This document shows, piece after piece, positions 52,325 through 61,619 of a stretch of DNA of 64,000 bases. The notes beneath the pieces are model-generated. The model did no database searches, was not told where the DNA came from, and saw only the letters and a program-made list of their open reading frames with translations. The DNA comes from Longimicrobium sp. (GTDB lineage Bacteria > Gemmatimonadota > Gemmatimonadetes > Longimicrobiales > Longimicrobiaceae): NCBI RefSeq assembly GCF_035474595.1, contig NZ_DATIND010000152.1, positions 3,518 to 67,517 on the forward strand, read 5' to 3'. Each line of letters starts with the position of its first letter. Position 1 is the stretch's first letter. A program made the position numbers and the translations under genes.

Positions 52325-52346
52325 GTGCGGAAGTGCGTGAGTGCGT
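52315..52346. repeat. GTGCG(TG/GA)A octamer variant array across the ACAD stop codon
   Basis: gagtgcgtgagtgcggaagtgcgtgagtgcgt. Confidence 0.7.
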
Positions 52347-52528
52347 TGGTTCCGCGCGCGTTGGGATGCTGACCGGCGTCCTCGCGTTCCCGCAGCCTCG
52401 CGCCGCCCTCTCCCCGCGCCTGAGAGCGCTCGTCCTCTCCCGTACCGGCGAGGGGGGTAGCCTGGCCACGCGCGGGGCCTGCAACCTCTGGCCGCACCCA
52501 TGTTCCGGAGTGGCGGTGATGCGGGATG

Positions 52529-52587
52529 GCTACCTCTCCCGGTACGGGAGAGGTGGACGGCCTGAGCCGGCCGGAGAGGGCGCGATG
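52529..52587 (-). repeat. Unit A palindrome copy outside the cluster, reverse orientation
   Basis: Reverse complement of the CGCCCTCTCCGGCCGG...CCACCTCTCCCGTACCGGGAGAGGT unit. Confidence 0.85.
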
Positions 52588-52659
52588 CCGCGGGCGCGCG
52601 GCGAAGTTCGAGCCTACGTCTGCTTCTATCTTCGAGACGCCCACCGACGCGGAATCCCG

Positions 52660-53763
52660 ATGTCCACCGATCCCACGCCGCCCGTCGTCGCGCCGACCTC
52701 CACCCCCCTCGACCGCGACGCCCCCGTCCGCCCCGGCGAGGAGCTGGACGCCGCCGCGCTCTCCGCCTATCTCCGCGACCACCTCCCCGGCATCGGCGGC
52801 GACGTGGAGGTGCGGCAGTTTCCGCGCGGATTCTCCAACCTGACGTACCTTGTCCGTGCGGGCGGGCGCGAGATGGTGCTGCGGCGGCCGCCGTTCGGCG
52901 CGGCGGTGCGCGGCGGGCACGACGTCGTCCGCGAGCACCGCATCCTCGCGGCGCTGCATCCCGTCTGGCCGAAGGTGCCGCGCCCCGTCCTCTGCTGCGA
53001 CGACGAGTCGGTGCTCGGCGCGCCCTTCTACCTGATGGAGCGCGTCCCCGGCATCATCCTGCGCGACCGTCCGCCCGCGGGCCTCGACCTCGGCCCCGAG
53101 TCCATGCGCCGCGTCTGCCTCGCCGCCATCGATACCCTCGCCGAGCTGCACAACGTGGACTGGCGCGCCGCCGGCCTCGAGGGCATCGGCCGCCCCGAAG
53201 GCTACGTCGCGCGACAGGTCGAGGGCTGGACCGCGCGCTGGGAGAAATCGAAGACCGACGACGTCGCCGCGATGGACGAGGCCGCCGCCTGGCTCGCCGC
53301 CCATCTCCCGCCCGAGGGCCCGGCATCCGTCATCCATAACGACTACAAGTACGACAACCTGGTCCTCGACCCCGCGGACCCGGCCCACGTCCGCGCCGTG
53401 CTCGACTGGGAGATGGCGACGCTCGGCGATCCGCTGATGGACCTCGGCACTACCCTCGCGTACTGGGCCGAGCCGGGCGACCCGCCCGAGCTGAAGTCGT
53501 TCGGCATCACCCACCTCCCCGGCAACCTGGACCGCCGAGGTGTCGCCAGCCGCTGGGAGGAGCGGACGGGGCGCGACGCCTCCGGCATCCTCTTCCACTA
53601 CGTGTACGGGCTGTTCAAGGTGGGCGTCATCGTGCAGCAGATCTACGCCCGATACCGTGCCGGGAAGACGCAGGACCCGCGCTTCGCCGGCCTCATCCAC
53701 CTGGTCCGCGCCACCGGCCGCATGGCCGCTCAGGCCGTCGAGCGCGGCACGATCGGCGCCTGA
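52660..53763 (+). CDS. APH-family phosphotransferase, the usual partner of ACAD10/11-type genes
   Basis: GFSNLTY, VLRRPP, HNDYKYDN, LDWEMATLGDPLMDLG. Confidence 0.88.
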   Translation: MSTDPTPPVVAPTSTPLDRDAPVRPGEELDAAALSAYLRDHLPGIGGDVEVRQFPRGFSNLTYLVRAGGREMVLRRPPFGAAVRGGHDVVREHRILAALHPVWPKVPRPVLCCDDESVLGAPFYLMERVPGIILRDRPPAGLDLGPESMRRVCLAAIDTLAELHNVDWRAAGLEGIGRPEGYVARQVEGWTARWEKSKTDDVAAMDEAAAWLAAHLPPEGPASVIHNDYKYDNLVLDPADPAHVRAVLDWEMATLGDPLMDLGTTLAYWAEPGDPPELKSFGITHLPGNLDRRGVASRWEERTGRDASGILFHYVYGLFKVGVIVQQIYARYRAGKTQDPRFAGLIHLVRATGRMAAQAVERGTIGA

Positions 53764-54008
53764 CACAAGTCGCTGCGCCTGTTCGACTTGGGAGAGAGGG
53801 AGATGGAGATCGCCACGCCGTGACGCCGGGCGCGCTCGGCTCGTCTCTCCCCTGCGGCTCGCGAACTCTCGCCCGGGCGTGGAGGATTGCGGATCGCGCC
53901 CGGATGGACATATTTCGATGAACCCCTGCGCTCCAGACGCACCGCGAGCCGCCGCGCGCGCAGCCCGGCCGCCCCGCCGCTTCCACCCTCTCCCACCGGA
54001 GCCCTCCC

Positions 54009-54458
54009 GTGAAGCCCATCGCCCCGCTCGGGCTTGCCGCCGCGGCGCTGCTGTTCGCCGCCTCCGGCGCGGCCGCGCAGACCCCGCAGGCCGACACCGT
54101 CCTGACCGCCGCCGGCGCGTCGCCCGCGGACCCGGTGGCCGCCGTCAGCCGCGTGCGCGGCCGCCGCGACGTGCTGACCCTCGAGGAGATCCAGGCCACG
54201 CACCTGACCAACGTGTTCGAGGTCGTGTCACGGCTGCGGCCGCAGTGGCTGCACAACCGCGGCGGGCCGTACCCGGACCCGGACGGCTCGGTGGAGGTGC
54301 AGGTGTTCTTCAACGGCCAGCCTGTGGGCAACACCGAGGCGCTGAAGCAGTATCCCACCAACACGGTGGCCACCATGCGCTTCGTGGACCCCATCCGCGC
54401 CCGCGCCACCTACGGCCCCCCCAACGGCCGCGGCGTCATCACCGTCACCAGCCGCTGA
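54009..54458 (+). CDS. Small secreted protein with a TonB-receptor-plug-like domain
   Basis: GTG start with upstream GGAG, signal peptide, LTLEEIQA...RLRPQWL...YGPPNGRGVITVTS. Confidence 0.65.
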   Translation: MKPIAPLGLAAAALLFAASGAAAQTPQADTVLTAAGASPADPVAAVSRVRGRRDVLTLEEIQATHLTNVFEVVSRLRPQWLHNRGGPYPDPDGSVEVQVFFNGQPVGNTEALKQYPTNTVATMRFVDPIRARATYGPPNGRGVITVTSR

Positions 54459-54706
54459 ACGTCGCCGGATCGGGAGGAGGCAGCGGAGAACTACTCCGCA
54501 AACCTCCCTGACCCCGCGCCCGGATCGGGATTGATCACACATACGCCAGAGGGCCGGAGAACTTCGCCTTGGACGATCGTCGAGCGGCATCCTCGGCGCT
54601 TGACGGCACCTATCCGACAATATTTACTTACGGGAGGCAGTTTGCGGTCGTCCTTTCATGCGGCACGTCCCGGTGTGTTCCCCTCCCCTTTCGCAGGAGC
54701 CCGCTC

Positions 54707-55150
54707 GTGAAGAGCCTTTTCCTTGCCTGCAACTCGGTCGCGCTCGTGCTGTTCGCCACCGCCGCCGCCGCGCAGACGCAGCCCCCCGACACCGTCCCCC
54801 CCGCCACGGCCGCGTCACCCGCGAGTCCCGCCGCCGCCAGGCGCGCGCGCATCCAGCGCGACCTCATCACGCAGGAGGAGATCGATGCCGCGCAGGTGGC
54901 CACGGCTTACGACGTGGTGCAGCGGCTGCGGCCACAGTGGCTGCGCAACCGCGGCGGCCCGGTGCCGGACCCGGACGGCTCGGTCGAGGTGCGGGTCTAC
55001 TACAACTCGCAGCCGATGGGCGGAGTCGAGGCGCTGAGAGACTACACGGCCGGCCAGGTGGCCACGTTGCGCTACTTCGATCCCATCAACGCCCGCACGA
55101 TGTATGGCCCGGGGAACGGCCGCGGCGTGATCGTCGTCACCGGCCGCTGA
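54707..55150 (+). CDS. Small secreted plug-like protein, tandem paralog of 54009-54458
   Basis: AGGAG SD before GTG 54707. Shares RLRPQWLxNRGGPxPDPDGSVEV with the previous gene. Confidence 0.65.
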   Translation: MKSLFLACNSVALVLFATAAAAQTQPPDTVPPATAASPASPAAARRARIQRDLITQEEIDAAQVATAYDVVQRLRPQWLRNRGGPVPDPDGSVEVRVYYNSQPMGGVEALRDYTAGQVATLRYFDPINARTMYGPGNGRGVIVVTGR

Positions 55151-55175
55151 ACGGACCGGGCATCACACCAGAGAA

Positions 55176-55216
55176 GCGGAGCAGCAGAGGGAACGCCTCT
55201 GCTGCTCCGCATCTTT
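55176..55216 (+). terminator. Terminator-like hairpin after the plug-like genes
   Basis: 15-bp perfect stem GCGGAGCAGCAGAGG, 5-nt loop, then ATCTTT. Confidence 0.7.
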
Positions 55217-55368
55217 GCGTGCCGATCATCGGTCTTCCCGACCGAGCCGCTGGGCGCACGTCTGGAACAGACTGTCCTGCCGGTGGCCGCTTCGGCGTGA
55301 GGCTTGTCACTTTCTTCGAGTTCCGCCACATTATGTGAGTCCCACGCCCCCCGGAGGTCCGCTTCGCG

Positions 55369-56304
55369 ATGCAGCCCTACTCGCTCGTCCTGCACGGCTT
55401 CGAGAACCGCGATGGCGGTCTCCCCGGCGCCCTCGTCCGCGATCTGCTCGACGCGGTCGACGACGGCGCGAAGGGGGCCGTGCGCCTGCGCTTCGAGGGC
55501 CGCAGCCGCGCGAAGGGCGGGTTCGCTCCCGGATGGGTGAACGACGCCGCCACCTTCCAGGTCGTCGGCCTCCTCCCCGAAAACGCGGGGATCGAGCTGA
55601 GCGCGCCCACCTTCCTGGAAACGCTCCCCGAGCGCTTCGCACAGGGCGACCTGTTCCGCGTCGTGAACCCCGACGACACGGCGCTGACGCTCCTGGGCTG
55701 CAGCCTGGGCGAGGCGGTGCGCGGAGAGGCGGACAGCGACGCGTTCGACGAGCCGCTCCTGGCCACCTTCGAGGAGTTCCGCCGCGTCTTCCGCCACGGT
55801 GTCCAGTCGCTCGAGATCCGCAATGGACGCCCAGGGTCGACCCCGCTCGTCGTCACCCGGCAGGGAATCCAGACGGTGCACCGGCTGAAGAGCAGCACGC
55901 CCCGGCCGCGCCGGGTCCGGCTCGCGGGGAAGCTCGACGCGATCCGCCACAGCGACCGCGCGTTCACGCTGGTGATCGAATCCGGCGCGCAGATCCGCGG
56001 CGTGCTGATCGAGGGCGAGCCGGAAGATCTGGCAGGACATTTCGGCCGCACCACCATCGTCTCCGGCACGGCGCAGTTCCGCCCGTCCGGCACGCTGCTG
56101 CGGGTCGAGGCCGACCACCTGGAGCGGGGAACGGACAAAGACCTCGCCCGGTGGTCCGCCGTTCCCGCGCCGCTCGACCCGCAGCCCGAGAACCGGCGCT
56201 CCTGGCAGCCGCAGCATCGGAACGGGCTGGCGTCGATCGTCGGCGCGTGGCCCGGCGACGAGGGCGACGAGGAGTTCTTCCGGATGCTGGAGGAGCGAGC
56301 GTGA
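55369..56304 (+). CDS. Hypothetical 311-aa protein, putative antitoxin/partner of the PIN toxin
   Basis: GGAGG upstream. GTGA overlap with the PIN gene. Acidic C-terminus WPGDEGDEEFFRML. Confidence 0.6.
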   Translation: MQPYSLVLHGFENRDGGLPGALVRDLLDAVDDGAKGAVRLRFEGRSRAKGGFAPGWVNDAATFQVVGLLPENAGIELSAPTFLETLPERFAQGDLFRVVNPDDTALTLLGCSLGEAVRGEADSDAFDEPLLATFEEFRRVFRHGVQSLEIRNGRPGSTPLVVTRQGIQTVHRLKSSTPRPRRVRLAGKLDAIRHSDRAFTLVIESGAQIRGVLIEGEPEDLAGHFGRTTIVSGTAQFRPSGTLLRVEADHLERGTDKDLARWSAVPAPLDPQPENRRSWQPQHRNGLASIVGAWPGDEGDEEFFRMLEERA

Positions 56305-56747
56305 TCGCGCGGGACCGGCTGGTCCTGCTGGACACGAACGTGCTCCTCCACATCCTGCGCGGCCGCGCGGCGGGAACGTGGCTGCTGGAGCGGTTCGCCC
56401 TCCTCGCGCGCCCGGAGAAGCCGCTGGTGTCCGTGGTCAGCATGGGCGAGATGTGGCGCATGGCCGAGCGCCGCCGCTGGGGCCCCGCGCAACGCGAGAA
56501 GCTGGAGGCCGTCGGGTCTGCCGTGCTGGTGATCGATCTGGAGCCGGCGGTGGTCCGCGGCTACGGCGAGCTGGGCGCGTACCTGGACGACCGCGGCGTT
56601 CCCATCCCGCAGAACGACCTCTGGATCGCATCCACCGCGCACGCCAAGCACGCGACGCTGCTCACCGCCGACCGCCACTTCGACGCGCTGGCCGATGCCG
56701 GGCGCCTCACCCGCGAGTTCGTCGATCCCGGCGATCTTCCGAGGTGA
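56301..56747 (+). CDS. vapC: PIN-domain (VapC-like) ribonuclease toxin
   Basis: LLDTNV, SxGE, IPQNDLWIASTA, LLTADRHF: the acidic PIN tetrad. Confidence 0.85.
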   Translation: MIARDRLVLLDTNVLLHILRGRAAGTWLLERFALLARPEKPLVSVVSMGEMWRMAERRRWGPAQREKLEAVGSAVLVIDLEPAVVRGYGELGAYLDDRGVPIPQNDLWIASTAHAKHATLLTADRHFDALADAGRLTREFVDPGDLPR

Positions 56748-56816
56748 CTTCCTGCACCAGCGAAGGGGCCGTGCCCGGCATCGGGCGCGGCCCTTCGTCG
56801 TGCATCGCCCGACGGG

Positions 56817-57116
56817 TCAGACGGTGCCGCCCGGCCCGCACGCGTCGGGCGAGGTGCACACGCAGCTCTGCGGCGGCGGCGCGCACCACTGGTCGGTGTT
56901 GCAGCAGATGCGCACCGGGTCGGTGCGAGGGTACAGGCACTGGCAGGTGACCTCGCCGAAGGTCTGCGTCGCCTGGCAGCTGGGCGTGGGGTAGGCGCAC
57001 GCCGAGGGGCGGGTGTCGTAGCCATGTCCCCGCACGGTCCCCGCCGAGTCCATCCCCTCGCCGGTCGTGAACGAGTCCACCGCGAGGTGTTCCAGGTCCA
57101 GCCGCAGCTTGTTCAT
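56817..57116 (-). CDS. Cys-rich RiPP-like precursor peptide with a pinensin-type leader
   Basis: GGGAGG SD. Leader MNKLRLDLEHLAVDSFTT...GTVRGH. Core has 10 Cys and many Ser/Thr. Confidence 0.7.
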   Translation of the reverse strand: MNKLRLDLEHLAVDSFTTGEGMDSAGTVRGHGYDTRPSACAYPTPSCQATQTFGEVTCQCLYPRTDPVRICCNTDQWCAPPPQSCVCTSPDACGPGGTV

Positions 57117-57432
57117 CGTGCCCTCCCCTGTTCGGGTGTCGGTCGATCCCGCGCATCCGCATCACGACGATGCGTCTCGAACGGTGCGGCTGACTGCGTG
57201 CGGCTCCAACCTCCCCGGAGCGAAACCGCCGGACTCCGGCACGAAGCGGAGCGGCAAGGGTGCGATGCTTCGACCCCTCTCGCCCGTCGATCCGGCCGAT
57301 CTCCCGAATGGCATCCATACGGACGAGGGGGCCGCACCCAGCCGGGCGCGGCCCCTTCGCTCTTCATCCACCCGAGTCGCGGGCGTTCATCCACCGCTCA
57401 CCGCAGGGAGAATTCAGCGGAGGCAGGGGACG

Positions 57433-57478
57433 AAAAAGCGGAGGGGCCGCGCCCAAACCCGGGCGCGGCCCCTCCGCT
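57433..57478 (-). terminator. Rho-independent terminator of the nuclease gene
   Basis: 18-bp stem AGCGGAGGGGCCGCGCCC followed by T-run on the minus strand. Confidence 0.8.
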
Positions 57479-57506
57479 CTCCATCGTACCGAAGCAGCTC
57501 AGCGCG

Positions 57507-60218
57507 TCAGGCGCCGATGCTGTCCAGGATGCGCTGCGCGGCGGCGACCAGCGCGTCGCCCTGTGCCTGCGAGAGGCGGCCCGACTGCACCGCCGCCTGC
57601 ACCTCGTTGATGAACGCGCCCAGCTGGCCGCGAGCCGCGTCGATTTCGCCGCGGGCGAGCGAGGCGCCGGCCGCGCGCAGCTTGGCGTTGGCCGAAGCCG
57701 CCGCGCCGCCCATCGCGCCGTTCACCTGCGCCTGCAGGTTCGCGATCGCCTGCTGCGCGCTCAGCACGGTCACGGTCGCGGTCTTCGTCGACACCGCGCC
57801 GTCGTCGTCCGTCACCGTCACGGTCACCGTGAAGGTGCCCGCCGCGGCGTAGGTGTGGCTCAGCGAGAACGACTGCCCGGAGAGCGCCAGCGGCTGCGCG
57901 CCCGCGCCGTCGCCGTAGTTCACCGTGGCCGTCCACGTGTCCGCGCCCGGGTCGGTGAACGAGCCCGCCGCCGTGTACGTCTCGTGCGGCAGCAGGGAGC
58001 CGCCCGCGAACGCCGCCACCGCCGGGGCCACGTTGAACACCGTCACCGCCGTGGTCGCGGTGGCCTCGGCGCCGTGCACGTCGGTCACCGTGAGCGTCAC
58101 GATGTAGTTGCCGTTGTCGGCGTAGGTGTGGCTCGGCTTCACGCCGGTGCCCGTGGTGCCGTCGCCGAAGTCCCAGGCGTAGGTCAGCGCGTCGCCGTCG
58201 GCGTCGCTCGAGGCGCCGGCGTCCAGCGTCACCGCCGAACCCTCCATCCCGGTGTACGGACCGTCGGTGGCCGCCACGGGGGCGTGGTCGCCGGTCTCCA
58301 CCAGGATCTGGATCTGCTTCGGCAGCTTGCTCAGGAAGTCGTACCCCGTCTCCTGCTCCAGCTGGTGCACCGTCACCTGGAAGTTCTGCCAGGGCACATT
58401 GCGGATGCCGACCGACGACTGCGGCACGCCCGGCGTGGTCAGGTTCGGCATCTTCACCGCGATCACCTGCAGGTCGGCCGCCGAGTGCACGTCGGCCAGC
58501 CCCTCGCCGCCGTCCATGATCACCGCGACCTTCCACGTGTAGTCGGGGATCGCGACCTTGCCCTCGTTCTTCAGCGTGCCCGGGGTGGCCGCGTACTCGC
58601 CGCCCGCCACCACGTAGATCTCCTTGCCGCTCGTCCGCGCCAGGTCGTTCAGGTAGTTCTCGAACTGGCTCCAGGGGCCCTGGTTGTTCTCGGCGCCCTG
58701 CGGGATGATGTTCGTGAGCAGGAAGGTGGTGGCGTTCTCCTGGTCGGTGGTGGTCCGGCTCTCCGACTGCACCATGTGGCCGCGGTCGTAGCCGCCGTTG
58801 CGGTAGTCGAAGTCCACCACGTGGTACACGTCGGCCGGCAGCGTCTGGTCGGCGCTGAAGCAGTCGCAGCGCGGAACACCGCTGAACTGGCTGGCGTTCA
58901 GGTTCCAGCTCACCCAGTCGGGCTCGCCGCGCGCCGGGTTGTAGCCCGACACGTACTGCGCCTTGCTCAGCACGATCTCACCCGCCGGCACGCCCGTGGG
59001 GGCGCCGAACTCCAGGTGGTTGCGGTAGATGGCGCTGGTGGGCGCCGTGGCCGGGATCACCGTGAACGGCACCTCGCCGTACACGCCGTCGGGCGCGGTG
59101 GCGCGGATGTTCGCGCTTCCCGCCGACACGCCGGTGATGTACCCCAGGCTGTCGACCGTGGCCACCGCCGGGTCCGAGCTGCTCCACACCAGCGCCGGCG
59201 TGACCGTGGCGCTGGTGGTGGTGCGCGTGGTGGGGAAGGCGGGCTTGGTGTACCCCGCCGGCACCTGCGCCGGGTCGTTGATGGAGATGGAGATGCTGGC
59301 CACGTCGCCCGGGTTCACCACGAACAGCGGGGCGGTGCCGGTGACGCCGTTCGAGGCGGTGGCCGTCAGGTGCGCCACGCCCGTCGAAACGCCGGTGGCC
59401 ACGCCGCTGTTGGCGTCGACCGTGGCGATCGAGGTGTTGTCGCTGCTCCAGGTGAAGTTGGTGGCGGCCGGCTTCCCGACCGAGTCCACCGCGCTGGCCG
59501 TGACCTTGAAGGTCGTGCCCGGCGTCACCCACGAGATGCGCACGCTCACGCTTACCGGCGAGCCGCCCTGGTTGGGCTGCCCCGGCGTGCCCTTGTCGCC
59601 CAGCCCGTAGGTGCTGACCGAGGTGGACCAGTTGGAGCCGCCGATGATGGTGTTGTCGGCGGTCAGGTCGATCACCCCGCGCGACGCGCCGGTGGGCGGC
59701 GAGTACGGGCCGGGCGCCGCGGGAAGCACGCGGGTGGCGTAGGCCACCGAGTCCAGCGTCACGTTCCCCGGCGTGCGCAGCGCCAGCCACTCGTTGGCGC
59801 TGCTGCTGCTCCCGTTGTTCAGCGTGATCGACGAGCCGTACGAGTAGGCCACCGGAACGCCGCCGTTGGTGGCGGTGTTCGCGTTGTTGCCGAACACCAC
59901 GTACTCGCCCGGGTCCACCACCACGCTGCTGGCGATGGTGTGCGACTCGCTGGCCGTGAGCCCCGCGGCCGACACGATCTTGTAGCCCTGCAGGTCCACG
60001 GCGGCCGTGCCGCCGTTGTACACCTCGAACCACTCGCCGGCGGTGTCGCCCACCTTGGAGGGGTCGGGCATCACTTCGGTGATCATGATGCCGGTGCTCG
60101 AAACTACGTCGAGACGCGGAGTGGCCGGTGCCACCAGCTCGGTGCCGGTGTCCGCGCACGCCGCGATGACGAGTCCGAGCGCGGCGGTCAGCGCCACGCG
60201 GATCGTAGTCGGTCGCAT
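57507..60218 (-). CDS. Lipoprotein DNA/RNA non-specific endonuclease: LTD - 2 Ig-like (Big_2) - NUC - PKD repeats - helical tail
   Basis: Lipobox VIAAC. LTD ITEVMPDP...EWFEVYN. WSSxxxxxATVD repeats. DRGH motif plus NIIPQ. WDFGDG PKD motif. Confidence 0.88.
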   Translation of the reverse strand: MRPTTIRVALTAALGLVIAACADTGTELVAPATPRLDVVSSTGIMITEVMPDPSKVGDTAGEWFEVYNGGTAAVDLQGYKIVSAAGLTASESHTIASSVVVDPGEYVVFGNNANTATNGGVPVAYSYGSSITLNNGSSSSANEWLALRTPGNVTLDSVAYATRVLPAAPGPYSPPTGASRGVIDLTADNTIIGGSNWSTSVSTYGLGDKGTPGQPNQGGSPVSVSVRISWVTPGTTFKVTASAVDSVGKPAATNFTWSSDNTSIATVDANSGVATGVSTGVAHLTATASNGVTGTAPLFVVNPGDVASISISINDPAQVPAGYTKPAFPTTRTTTSATVTPALVWSSSDPAVATVDSLGYITGVSAGSANIRATAPDGVYGEVPFTVIPATAPTSAIYRNHLEFGAPTGVPAGEIVLSKAQYVSGYNPARGEPDWVSWNLNASQFSGVPRCDCFSADQTLPADVYHVVDFDYRNGGYDRGHMVQSESRTTTDQENATTFLLTNIIPQGAENNQGPWSQFENYLNDLARTSGKEIYVVAGGEYAATPGTLKNEGKVAIPDYTWKVAVIMDGGEGLADVHSAADLQVIAVKMPNLTTPGVPQSSVGIRNVPWQNFQVTVHQLEQETGYDFLSKLPKQIQILVETGDHAPVAATDGPYTGMEGSAVTLDAGASSDADGDALTYAWDFGDGTTGTGVKPSHTYADNGNYIVTLTVTDVHGAEATATTAVTVFNVAPAVAAFAGGSLLPHETYTAAGSFTDPGADTWTATVNYGDGAGAQPLALSGQSFSLSHTYAAAGTFTVTVTVTDDDGAVSTKTATVTVLSAQQAIANLQAQVNGAMGGAAASANAKLRAAGASLARGEIDAARGQLGAFINEVQAAVQSGRLSQAQGDALVAAAQRILDSIGA

Positions 60219-60601
60219 TGCTCGGGGGGGTGTGCAGTGAAGTAGAGGCGCCCCCGTCATCGAAGACGGCGGGGGCGCTCGCCCGAGACTGTCGGGCGGA
60301 GCAGAATGTAACACCTTTTGCGCCAGCGGGCAAACGTTTCGTGGTAACACAGCGGTCCCGGCGGACGGCGGTGTTCGAAACCAGCTAAAGGATTGCGGCG
60401 CAACAGCTTGCGATCGATCGTGGCGACATCGGTTTCGGCCGTTTCGGAGCGCCCGCGCGGCCTCCGGTGGACAGCCGCGAAGCGCTCCCCGGAGACCCGT
60501 GCTCCGCCGGTGGCGCGGAGGGCGCGGAGCGGGGTCCGGCGACGGCCGGCGGGGATGCATCCGGGCCGGCCTCGCACCCTCCCGAACCGCTGACGCGACC
60601 G

Positions 60602-61078
60602 ATGAAGCTGCACCTGCTCGACCGCACGCAGAAGCTCCCCATCTCCCTCGCCCGGGCGTGGGACTTCTTCTCCGACGCCCCCAACCTGGCGCGCATCACC
60701 CCGCCGTGGATGGGGTTCGAGGTCACCTCGCCGCTGCCGGAGCGGATGTACGCAGGGATGATCGTCGTCTACCGCGTCCGCCCGCTCCTGGGCGTTCCGC
60801 TCCGCTGGGTGACGGAGATCACGCACGTGGACGAGCCGCGCCGCTTCGTCGACGAGCAGCGCTTCGGGCCGTACCGCTTCTGGCACCACGAGCATCGGTT
60901 CAGCGAGATCGACGGTGGGGTGGAGATGCGCGACCTGGTGCATTACGCGCTGGCGCCCGGCGGCGGCCCGGTGCGGCGCTTCGTCGTCACCCCGCGGCTG
61001 AACCGGATCTTCGACCACCGCCGCCGCGTGCTGGAGGAGATGTTCGGGCCCTGGAAGGGAGATGGTGGCGGGGGATGA
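60602..61078 (+). CDS. SRPBCC-family protein
   Basis: WDFFSDAPNL..ITPP, WVTEIT, FVDEQRFGPYRFWHHEH. Confidence 0.85.
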   Translation: MKLHLLDRTQKLPISLARAWDFFSDAPNLARITPPWMGFEVTSPLPERMYAGMIVVYRVRPLLGVPLRWVTEITHVDEPRRFVDEQRFGPYRFWHHEHRFSEIDGGVEMRDLVHYALAPGGGPVRRFVVTPRLNRIFDHRRRVLEEMFGPWKGDGGGG

Positions 61079-61154
61079 CGGACGGTTGTCGGAAGACGGG
61101 GCCTGTGGGTAGCTTTCGGCCTGCCGCGCGTGCTCCACCCCGGACCGGTCCCCG

Positions 61155-61619
61155 ATGCTCCTCCACCTCCTCGAGCAGACGCAGAAGTTTCCCGCCTCGA
61201 TGGAAGAGGTCTGGGCGTTCTTCTCCGATCCCCGCAACCTGCCGCGCATCACCCCGCCGGCCATGCGGCTGCGCATCACGTCGCCGCTCCCGCCGGCGAT
61301 GTACGCGGGGATGCTCGTGTCCTACCGCGTCCGCCCGCTGCCGGCGATGACGGTGGACTGGGTGACGCAGATCACGCACGTGGAGCCCTCCGTCCGCTTC
61401 GTGGACGAGCAGCGGATCGGGCCGTACCGCTTCTTCCAGCACCAGCACGCGTTCCGGGAGATCGAGGGCGGGGTGGAGATGCACGACCTGGTGCAGTACG
61501 CCCTTCCGCGCGGCGGCGGGATGGCGCGGCGCTTCCTGGTCGCCCCCGCGCTCCGCGACATGTTCATCTATCGCAACCAGACGCTCGCGGAGCTCCTCGG
61601 CGCATGGACGGGCGGATGA
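61155..61619 (+). CDS. SRPBCC-family protein, tandem paralog
   Basis: WAFFSDPRNL..ITPP, FVDEQRIGPYRFFQHQH. Confidence 0.85.
   Translation: MLLHLLEQTQKFPASMEEVWAFFSDPRNLPRITPPAMRLRITSPLPPAMYAGMLVSYRVRPLPAMTVDWVTQITHVEPSVRFVDEQRIGPYRFFQHQHAFREIEGGVEMHDLVQYALPRGGGMARRFLVAPALRDMFIYRNQTLAELLGAWTGG

Noticed and set aside
51125-53763. ACAD plus phosphotransferase as cluster tailoring enzymes
   Set aside because: A widespread ACAD10/11-like housekeeping pair outside the apparent cluster boundary.
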